From Pseudomonadota bacterium (GTDB lineage: Bacteria; Desulfobacterota; Desulfobacteria; Desulfobacterales; RPRI01), in NCBI GenBank assembly GCA_043825875.1, contig JBDRRF010000116.1, forward strand, positions 32,552 through 96,551: a stretch of DNA of 64,000 nucleotides, written 5' to 3'. Of the stretch, positions 47,812 to 55,567 are shown piece by piece. The position numbers and the translations under genes were made by a program. Within the stretch, counting starts at the first letter, position 1. Each line of letters begins with the position of its first letter. The notes under the pieces were generated by a model. It was not told where the DNA came from, did no database searches, and saw nothing but the letters and a program-made list of their open reading frames with translations.

Positions 47812-48594
47812 ATGAAGACAACTCCTCTGTACGCTGGAATCGATGTTGGAGCATCCAGAACAAAAGTTGCCGTAATTGATTCCTGTAAAAATCTGGTCGG
47901 ATATGCCGTAGAAAAATCGGGAACAGATTTTTTGGCAACCGCAAAAAAATGCTTCGATCTATCCCTTGCCGCATCTAAATCATCTAAAAACAATGTAAGC
48001 CGAACCATTTCAACCGGATATGGCAGAAAAAATGTTTCTTTTTCCGATGAAACAAAAACGGAAATAAGTTGCCATGGGAAAGGAGCTTTCCACTATTTTC
48101 CAAGGCAAATTTCAATTATTGATATCGGCGGCCAGGATAACAAAATTATTAAACTTGATAAAGATGGCCGGAAGCTAAATTTTGTGATGAACAGAAAATG
48201 CGCAGCCGGAACAGGAGCTTTTCTTGAAGAAATGTCTGCACGCCTTGATATACCTCTTGAAAACATGGACAGCCTTGCCAGACAATCTATTGATATGGTT
48301 GAACTTGGAAGCTACTGCACTGTTTTTTCAGCTACGGAAGTATTAGGAAAAATCCGGCAGGGGGAAAAAGTCCCGGATATAATTAAAGGACTTTTTTTAT
48401 CCGTTATAAAAAGAGTGCTTGAAATGGACTCACTTGGCGATAATGTCGTAATGACGGGAGGGGTTGTTGCCTATAATCCTTTCCTTGTAAAAATGACGGA
48501 AGAAATTATAGGAAGAAAGATTCTGCTCCCCGAGCACCCTCAACTTGCAGGAGCTATTGGAGCAGCTCTTTACGCAATTGAAACAACACCCTGA
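47812..48594 (+). CDS. CoA-substrate-specific enzyme activase (HgdC/BadG-like ASKHA ATPase)
   Basis: GIDVGASRTK, STGYGR, EISCHGKG, IDIGGQD.K, MNRKCAAGTGAFLE, CTVF, TGGV, GAIGAAL. Confidence 0.92.
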   Translation: MKTTPLYAGIDVGASRTKVAVIDSCKNLVGYAVEKSGTDFLATAKKCFDLSLAASKSSKNNVSRTISTGYGRKNVSFSDETKTEISCHGKGAFHYFPRQISIIDIGGQDNKIIKLDKDGRKLNFVMNRKCAAGTGAFLEEMSARLDIPLENMDSLARQSIDMVELGSYCTVFSATEVLGKIRQGEKVPDIIKGLFLSVIKRVLEMDSLGDNVVMTGGVVAYNPFLVKMTEEIIGRKILLPEHPQLAGAIGAALYAIETTP

Positions 48595-48921
48595 TGTATA
48601 ATCAAAATTTTTATCAACTCAAATAAGAATTTAGCTGCTTTCATAGTAATAATCCCCTTCTAAAATCTTTAGATTTCCCTGCTGACCACAACCCTTATTA
48701 TCCCGATATATTTAAAAAAGATTAATTCATAATTTTCAGATTGTGCACGAAAATATCGATAACTGTACCTTAGAGATAATTAAAGTTTTTGTTCTACCGT
48801 GCCGATAGTTGAAATAACAGATATTTATATTCCCGGTTCTGATTGAGGAGAAATATCTATATATTTATTTTTTTCGATAACAACTTAAAATTAAACATTC
48901 TATTTAAAGACAACAATCGAT

Positions 48922-51621
48922 ATGCCGGAAAATCAAAAAAAAATCCTTGTCGTGGATGATAGTCCTATCACAAGAAAAATATTAAAAAGAGAACTATCAG
49001 ATGGCGGATATGCTGTAGAAGAAGCCTGTGACGGAAAAACAGCGCTTGCATTATTTAGTGAATATATGCCGGATTTGATCACTCTTGATATTGAGATGCC
49101 GACACTTGATGGTTTTGAAACTTTCAAAAAGCTTCAAAATAAGCAAAACTCCGACGGTTTTAAACATTCCAAAAAATGCCCGGTACCTGTTATATTTGTA
49201 ACCGGAAACGATAACCTTAAAGACAGGAACAAAGGATTTCAACTTGGAGCTGCGGACTTTATCACAAAACCATTTCTAAAAGGCGATATACTTTCAGCCG
49301 CAAAAAAAATTCTAAAACCTGAAAACCGTTTAATGAAATTAACGGCGCTGGTAGTGGATGACAGCCCGACATTAAGAAGTATAGTATCATCCACTTTGGC
49401 AAGGGAAGGTGTAAGTGTTATTGAGGCCGGAGACGGCTTTGAAGCTTATCAAATTCTTTATGCCAGAAAAGAAGAAATAGATATGGTAATAAGCGATTTG
49501 TGTATGCCTCAACTGAATGGAGACGAGTTATGCAAAAAAATAAGAAATGAGCTTTTTTTGTATGATCTTCCTTTTATTCTGTTAACAGGGTCAAGTGATC
49601 AATCAAAGCTTTTGGAAATATTCAAATCAGGCGTAACTGACTATATTACCAAACCCTTTGTAAGGGAAGAATTACTGGCCAGGCTCACAGCTCATATAGA
49701 AAGGGCACATCTCAATAAGCATCTTCGCGAAACAATAGAAGAGCTTGAAAAAACGAAAATAAAAACGGAGCAGGCAAACAAGGCCAAAAGCGAATTTATA
49801 TCAAACATCAGCCATGAATTGAAAACTCCTTTAAACGCTATTATAGGGTTAACAGATCTGGCGTTAAAAAATGATCTTACCCCCAAGCTTAAAGATTATT
49901 TGGAAAAAATCAGTATTTCATCCGGCTCGCTTTTGGTAATTATTAATGACATCTTAGATTTTTCCAAAATTGAAGCAGGCAAACTCGATATTGAATCCGT
50001 TAAGTTTCAATTGAATGATGTAGTAAAGAATCTTACAAGCCTTATAAGTAATGAAAGCGCAAAAAAGGAAATAAATTTTACTGTTGAGATTGAACCAAAT
50101 GTTCCTCAGACTCTTATCGGGGACCATTTGCGTTTAGAGCAGATTCTTGCCAATCTGGCCAATAATGCCGTTAAATTTACCCCACAAGGTGAAATTATAC
50201 TACATGCCAATCTTCTTGATGAGATTGAAGATGGAGTTAATATAAAATTTTCAGTCAGGGACACAGGAATCGGCATGGATCCTTTTCTGGTTCCGACATT
50301 ATTCGATGCTTTCACCCAGGCAGACGGAGCTACTTCCCGCAAATATGGAGGAACTGGATTGGGCCTTGCTATATGTGAACGTCTTGTAAATATGATGGGA
50401 GGTCGGATCTGGGTTGAAAGTAGCTTAGGGAAAGGGAGCACATTTTATTTTACGGCATATTTTAAAATCATTAAAAACAAAGAAGAGCTCTGCTATAAAT
50501 CTTGTGCAGGTTTGCCAGAAATAAAAAAACCTGCCCCCGATAATTTAAATAATGAGATTTTACAAAAAATAGCCGGCACACATATTCTTATTGTTGAAGA
50601 CAATTTAATAAATCAACAGATAGTTCAAGAAGTACTCGAAAATGACGGCTTTCGCGTAACAGTTGCAAACAATGGGAAAGAGGCTATTAATGCTTTGAAA
50701 GTATTAATGTTTGATGCAGTATTAATGGATATTCAAATGCCGGAAATGGATGGATATGAAGCTATCCGTATAATACGCAAAGATAAGCGTTTTAAAGATC
50801 TGCCAGTTATTTCTATGACCGCATATGATCGAAAAGGTGATAAGGAAAAATGCCTTAAAGCTGGCATGAATGAATATTTATCAAAACCGATTGATCATGA
50901 TCAGCTGCTATCAACTCTCGGCAAATGGATTAAACCTGGAAAAGAAAAAGCTGCGGTGCATATAATACCTCAAACATCGGAAAAAAGAGAAGGAGAGTTT
51001 TTACCGGAAAAAATGCAAGGCATTGATCTTGAGTCCGGATTAAAGAGAGTTGGCGGCAATAAAAAGCTTTTTAAAAAAATACTGCTCCAGTTTGCATCAG
51101 AATTTAAAAATGCCTCAGAAAGGATGCGGGATATAATCCGCAAGGGTGATATTGAAGATGGAGAATGTCTGGCTCATAATATCAAGGGAGTATCAAGCAA
51201 TATTTCTGCATATGAACTGCAATCAGCTATTATAAAACTTGAAACTGCCTTTAAGCAAAGCGACAGGGGAAATTTTGTCAGCCTTCTTAGCGATTTCGAC
51301 AAGTCATTGCATCAAGTACTATCATCAATTGCAAAACTTGAAAACAATGATACTGCACAAATTAATAGCTCTGCTGAAACACAACTTAATATCGAAACCC
51401 TTTCGCCAATTTTTGTCAGGCTCCAACAGCTCCTGGAAAAAAATGACCTTGTTGACGATGAGCTGTTAGAGGCACTGCAAAAACAGGTTTCAGGATCTCA
51501 ATATGAAAAGAAAATTAAAACTTTTGAAAAACATCTGGATAATTTCGATTATCATAATGCACTATCTGTCTTATCCAATATGAGTGAATATATGGGGATT
51601 CCCTTGGAAAGTTATAAATAA
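48922..51621 (+). CDS. Cytoplasmic hybrid histidine kinase (REC-REC-HisKA-HATPase-REC-HPt)
   Basis: Two N-terminal receivers, SHELKTPLN, NNAVKFT, DTGIG, GGTGLGL, third receiver LMDIQMP, HPt AHNIKG. Confidence 0.95.
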   Translation: MPENQKKILVVDDSPITRKILKRELSDGGYAVEEACDGKTALALFSEYMPDLITLDIEMPTLDGFETFKKLQNKQNSDGFKHSKKCPVPVIFVTGNDNLKDRNKGFQLGAADFITKPFLKGDILSAAKKILKPENRLMKLTALVVDDSPTLRSIVSSTLAREGVSVIEAGDGFEAYQILYARKEEIDMVISDLCMPQLNGDELCKKIRNELFLYDLPFILLTGSSDQSKLLEIFKSGVTDYITKPFVREELLARLTAHIERAHLNKHLRETIEELEKTKIKTEQANKAKSEFISNISHELKTPLNAIIGLTDLALKNDLTPKLKDYLEKISISSGSLLVIINDILDFSKIEAGKLDIESVKFQLNDVVKNLTSLISNESAKKEINFTVEIEPNVPQTLIGDHLRLEQILANLANNAVKFTPQGEIILHANLLDEIEDGVNIKFSVRDTGIGMDPFLVPTLFDAFTQADGATSRKYGGTGLGLAICERLVNMMGGRIWVESSLGKGSTFYFTAYFKIIKNKEELCYKSCAGLPEIKKPAPDNLNNEILQKIAGTHILIVEDNLINQQIVQEVLENDGFRVTVANNGKEAINALKVLMFDAVLMDIQMPEMDGYEAIRIIRKDKRFKDLPVISMTAYDRKGDKEKCLKAGMNEYLSKPIDHDQLLSTLGKWIKPGKEKAAVHIIPQTSEKREGEFLPEKMQGIDLESGLKRVGGNKKLFKKILLQFASEFKNASERMRDIIRKGDIEDGECLAHNIKGVSSNISAYELQSAIIKLETAFKQSDRGNFVSLLSDFDKSLHQVLSSIAKLENNDTAQINSSAETQLNIETLSPIFVRLQQLLEKNDLVDDELLEALQKQVSGSQYEKKIKTFEKHLDNFDYHNALSVLSNMSEYMGIPLESYK

Positions 51622-51646
51622 CTCCCATATAAACAAAGGATGATTA

Positions 51647-52564
51647 ATGGATTTTAATGTAACTAAACAAACTATATTAATTGTAGATGACATGCCTATT
51701 AATATACAGGTTATGGCAAGAGGATTAAAGTCGGATTACCATATCAAGATTGCAACTGATGGGACAAAAGCTATTGAGATCTGCATATCTGAAAATCCTC
51801 CTGATTTAATTTTGCTTGATATCATGATGCCGGGAATGGACGGGTATGAAGTATGCAGTACTTTGAAAAAAAACCCAAAAACTCAAAATATTCCTATTAT
51901 ATTTGTTACAGCAAAAGGGGAAGTTGAAGATGAAACCAAAGGGTTGGAATCAGGAGCAGCGGATTATATTACAAAGCCTTTTCATATGCCCATTGTAAAA
52001 GCAAGGGTAAATACACACCTTGAGCTAAAAAGAAAAAGCGATATACTGGAACATATGCTTGCTATAGATTCTCTTACCGAAATACCTAACCGCAGGCACT
52101 TCGACAAAGTATTTGGTTCCGAATGGAACAGGACTAAACGCTTGGGCACACCTATTTCATTAATAATCCTTGATATAGATTATTTTAAAAAATTCAATGA
52201 TAATTACGGGCATCCGGCAGGTGATGAGTGTTTAAAGCTAGTAGCTCAAACACTAAAACAATGCATAAGAAGATCCGGTGAAATCGTTGCCCGTTATGGA
52301 GGCGAAGAATTTGCAGTAATTTTGCCGGGTGTAAGCCAAAATGATGCGCTAAACCTGGCCGAAAAACTTAGAAATCATATCGAATCATTACAAATTATAC
52401 ATGCATTCTCCGATGTGGCAGATTGTGTAACAATCTCTTTAGGAGTAGCAACCACTTCTCCTAAAGATGGTTTGGAACCGGCCGAATTCATAAATACTAC
52501 AGATAAAATGCTTTATGAAGCCAAAAGCCAGGGCCGCAATCAGGTTAAAGGTAAAACGCTTTAA
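51647..52564 (+). CDS. REC-GGDEF diguanylate cyclase
   Basis: LLDIMMP receiver; DSLT...NRR, DIDYFKKFNDNYGH..GD, RYGGEEF. Confidence 0.95.
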   Translation: MDFNVTKQTILIVDDMPINIQVMARGLKSDYHIKIATDGTKAIEICISENPPDLILLDIMMPGMDGYEVCSTLKKNPKTQNIPIIFVTAKGEVEDETKGLESGAADYITKPFHMPIVKARVNTHLELKRKSDILEHMLAIDSLTEIPNRRHFDKVFGSEWNRTKRLGTPISLIILDIDYFKKFNDNYGHPAGDECLKLVAQTLKQCIRRSGEIVARYGGEEFAVILPGVSQNDALNLAEKLRNHIESLQIIHAFSDVADCVTISLGVATTSPKDGLEPAEFINTTDKMLYEAKSQGRNQVKGKTL

Positions 52565-52658
52565 TAAATACTATCTGTCACATTACATGTTCCTGTTATC
52601 TAATAATCAGAAAAGTAAATCTATATTTATTCCCCTCAAAAAAGTGCTCCTCCTCCAA

Positions 52659-52696
52659 TCCCCCTTAAATAAAGGGGGATTAAGGGGGTTGTTTCC
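52659..52696. repeat. REP-like CCCCCTT-N4/5-AAGGGGGATTAAGGGGG repeat, copy 1 of 4
   Basis: Other copies at 54193-54228, 54309-54345 and 59394-59430, all in the same orientation and with partly shared flanks. Confidence 0.85.
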
Positions 52697-52922
52697 TTGT
52701 TCGTTATCCGATATTCTTCTTTCTTTTAAATACGTTCTATACCCCACACCTCGCCAAGGATATTAAGTTCCATAAATCTTTCAATAAGAACTAAAAGCAG
52801 ACCTGAGCCCAATTACTCTCTTAATCACAAATAATGGTTTCACCCTGTTCTTTCCCTTAAATGCTTCTCGAAAGGTTAACGGTACTTTGGCGCGTAACGC
52901 CGTAGTAATACTGGGCAGGTTT

Positions 52923-53033
52923 TTATTGAAGTTTTGTTCTTATCCAGGCAGGGTTTCTTCGACAGTCGATGACAGCATAAATTCTTATCTCGTTTTCTTC
53001 AATTCTGTAATATATTGCAAATGGAAATCTTTT
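52923..53033 (-). pseudogene. C-terminal remnant of a RelE/ParE toxin
   Basis: An alternative frame reads KRFPFAIYYRIEENEIRIYAVIDCRRNPAWIRTKLQ-stop; the N-terminal half is missing. Confidence 0.8.
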
Positions 53034-53218
53034 TTTGCTTGTTCCCAGTCGATAAACTTCTCTTTTCCGATTTTATATTTTTCTTCCCTATCTTTTAAAA
53101 TTTCTCCATGCCATTGGGGTGAAGCATAATCCGGAACATTTCGACAAATGTCATCCCAAAGCAATTCCATTGTTCTTAGCTTTTCTTCTATAGTCATTTC
53201 ATGGAGATTTAAACTCAT
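52985..53218 (-). CDS. Addiction module antitoxin (Unstab_antitox-like) with out-of-frame C-terminal tail
   Basis: MTIEEKLRTMELLWDDI...SPQWHGEILKDRE...FIDWEQAKKD, then reads out of frame through the toxin remnant. Confidence 0.8.
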   Translation of the reverse strand: MSLNLHEMTIEEKLRTMELLWDDICRNVPDYASPQWHGEILKDREEKYKIGKEKFIDWEQAKKDFHLQYITELKKTR

Positions 53219-53478
53219 TATTCCCCCCTATTTTTACAAAATTCTAACTTATTATTTATAACAATACCTATTTTAAATCAAATAAGTTTTTAATATAGAG
53301 ACAAAACTTGTTACCCTAAGTTCAAAATTTGATACTATTTATTTTATAAGAATTTACAAATAATATTATATTTCCTAACGTTTACATGATCCTTGAGAAA
53401 CGACTCAGAAAGTAGCTTGTTATTGGTAAATAAAGTGTATAAAATAAAGAAAACTTATATTTTAAGGAGGATAAGCAT

Positions 53479-53667
53479 ATGGAAACCGAGAACATAAAGC
53501 ATGAAGCTTACAAGATATTAGATAAATTGCCCGACAAAGCTACATGGGATGATTTGATGTATCAAATCTATGTGCGCCAGACAATAGAAGCAGGTATAAA
53601 AGACAGTGATGAAGGGCGGACAGTTGATGTTAAGGAAGTACGCAAAAGGTTTGACCTGTCAAAATGA
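53479..53667 (+). CDS. Putative antitoxin
   Basis: AAGGAGG RBS; LDKLPDKATWDDLMYQIYVRQTIEAG..D..EGRTV; ATGA overlap with the toxin. Confidence 0.8.
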   Translation: METENIKHEAYKILDKLPDKATWDDLMYQIYVRQTIEAGIKDSDEGRTVDVKEVRKRFDLSK

Positions 53668-53952
53668 GAGTTTACTGGACAGAAAAACGCTATCGGACAT
53701 CTTGTAAACATTTACGAATACATTGCCATCAATTCTCCGACTTATGGTAAACGGATGGTTGACAGGATTACCCGGCGCTCAGAGCAAATCGCGGGTCACC
53801 CGCTTTCCGGAAGAAAAGTGCCGGAATATGATGCTGAAGATATCCGTGAACTGATAGAAAACCCATATCGTATCATCTACCGCATAAAGCCGGATCAAAT
53901 CGATATTGTTGCGGTTATCCACGGGGTAAGAATATTGCCGGATGAATTATAA
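53664..53952 (+). pseudogene. RelE/ParE toxin with +1 frameshift
   Basis: Removing one A from the run at 53683-53687 restores MRVYWTENAIGHLVNIYEYIAINSPTYGKRMVDRI...GRKVPEY...YRIIYRI...VIHG; length 289 = 96x3+1. Confidence 0.85.
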
Positions 53953-53979
53953 AAGATTTCTATCAAAAAGTTCCCGAAC

Positions 53980-54116
53980 CGTCATGCCGGCGGAGGCCTG
54001 CCCCGGAATTGTTTAATCCGTGGGCCGGTATCCAAAATATATTGGACTTGCTTGATACCGGCCATCGTGGGTATGGTATAAAAAGTTGTTTTTCGTTTAT
54101 TTACGAGTCCATCAAA
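53980..54116. repeat. Degenerate palindromic intergenic repeat (CGTCATGCCGGC...GCCGGTATCCA...GATACCGGC type)
   Basis: GC-rich inverted segments GGCCGGTATC / GATACCGGCC in AT-rich context; single copy in this window. Confidence 0.4.
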
Positions 54117-54192
54117 ATTGCTTTAATAATATTTTCTTTTTCTCTTCTCTTCGATATTCATTCCCCCTCAAAAAATGCGCTCATCTTCCAAT

Positions 54193-54345
54193 TCCCCCTT
54201 AAAAAAGGGGGATTAAGGGGGTTGTTTCATAGAGTTGTTTCGATATCCAAACTACTTTCATACGGGGCTTTAAATCCCCGCCGAATTTCCCTTCCTTCTA
54301 CATTCACTTCCCCCTTAGAAAAGGGGGATTGAGGGGGTTGTTTCC
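54193..54345. repeat. Two REP-like CCCCCTT...AAGGGGG copies
   Basis: Direct copies of the 52659 motif at 54193 and 54309. Confidence 0.85.
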
Positions 54346-54372
54346 TTGCTCGTTATTAGATATTCAAAATAC

Positions 54373-54957
54373 TTATTGCCCTACTTCAATAACGGTTATA
54401 GTCCGGCCATAATAATCAGGTTTATAAGCTGCTTTATTATAACCTATACCAGAGTTTACTTTCCACAGAAGTTTTACTGTATGGGTGCCGGATTGAACTG
54501 TCGCAACGGCGTGGCCACCTGACGAGTCTACTGTGTTATAAAAGACACCATCCCTACTGGTGTTGCTACCGCCAAAATGCGAACCAATAGCTATTCCGTC
54601 TAGTTGCGTTTCGACTGTAACCCACACAGAATCTAAATTACTATAAAGTGTGGCATTCCAAAATATTAATAAAATACTGTTTCCTGTGGTTAAAGTAATA
54701 CTCATCTCAGGCATATCAACAAAAGTAGTAGAGCTAGTGGAGATATCGGAAGTAGGGCTTACGCTCAGAATTTGCCTTATTATTCCAGGCCCCACAAATC
54801 CTGTTGCTTTCACAGTGCCATTAACATCCAGTTTCTCGGTTGGTGTGGTTGTACCCACACCAACATTGCCATTTACAATAAGATCTCCATCTGCTGCAAA
54901 TCCGTTACTTCCGATCAACAACAAACCTAAGACAAAACCCAAAATACTTTTTTTCAT
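54373..54957 (-). CDS. Secreted protein with phage tail-fibre-like GNVGVGTTTP..KLDVNG motif and beta-rich tip domain
   Basis: GGAGG RBS; signal peptide MKKSILGFVLGLLLIGSNGFA; one fibre-shaft repeat; C-domain STTFVDMP..SITLTT...GTHTVKLLWK...RTITVIEV. Confidence 0.7.
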   Translation of the reverse strand: MKKSILGFVLGLLLIGSNGFAADGDLIVNGNVGVGTTTPTEKLDVNGTVKATGFVGPGIIRQILSVSPTSDISTSSTTFVDMPEMSITLTTGNSILLIFWNATLYSNLDSVWVTVETQLDGIAIGSHFGGSNTSRDGVFYNTVDSSGGHAVATVQSGTHTVKLLWKVNSGIGYNKAAYKPDYYGRTITVIEVGQ

Positions 54958-55005
54958 TATCATCCTCCTCTTATTAATTGTAGTATTGTCAAAAATATAT
55001 TAAAT

Positions 55006-55147
55006 GAGCCAGTTTCAAAACGCCCCATTTTGGCCGATCTCTGCGTTGGGCTCAAATTTCAATCCTCGAAATACTCAATGTATTCCTGTGGTTGAAATTT
55101 TCGCCCGCCTTGAGCTTGACCAAACTGAAACGTTTTGGAAGTGGCTC
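55006..55147 (-). mobile_element. 142-bp MITE, copy 3 (inverted)
   Basis: Reverse complement of copies 1 and 2, flanked by an AAAT direct repeat. Confidence 0.9.
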
Positions 55148-55230
55148 AAATATCTTAAATTATTTCGGTCTATCTATATTTAACCGGCGTTAATTTATTT
55201 TCTCAAGTTTGCTACTAAAAATTGAATATC

Positions 55231-55450
55231 GAATTTCGAACAAGGAATTTCGGATTATGAATTTTTTTTATTCTTACTCTTTGCAGTATTAATGCTTGTA
55301 ACAAATATTTATATTATATGTGACTTCCTACTTTTGTTTTAGGTAACGATCCTGACAACTTGATGATTCTCACAGCAAAATCTATTAACCGATCCTCGAT
55401 ATCATATCTCTTATCTTCCTTCGACATTCATTATTCCTTGTTCGATATTC
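55231..55450. repeat. Spaced inverted repeat GAAT[AT]TCGAACAAGGAAT
   Basis: Left arm about 55231-55261, right arm about 55420-55450. Confidence 0.55.
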
Positions 55451-55462
55451 AAATATCTCTAC

Positions 55463-55567
55463 TTAGTGCCCGTCCCAAAATGGTAAATTGCGGTTCAGAT
55501 CAAGGCCGCAGCGTTTTTGAAAACAGCAGATATGCGCCGCAAGATGCCGTTTATGGATGGACGCTAA
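55463..55567. mobile_element. Second MITE-like element (about 105 bp)
   Basis: Imperfect TIRs TTAGTGCCCGTCCCAAAATGGTA / TGCCGTTTATGGATGGACGCTAA; GC-richer than flanks; overlaps the TAG stop of the adjacent ORF. Confidence 0.5.

Noticed and set aside
54193..54345. G-quadruplex in the G5-rich repeats
   Set aside because: Each unit has only two G-runs and a competing C5 hairpin arm.
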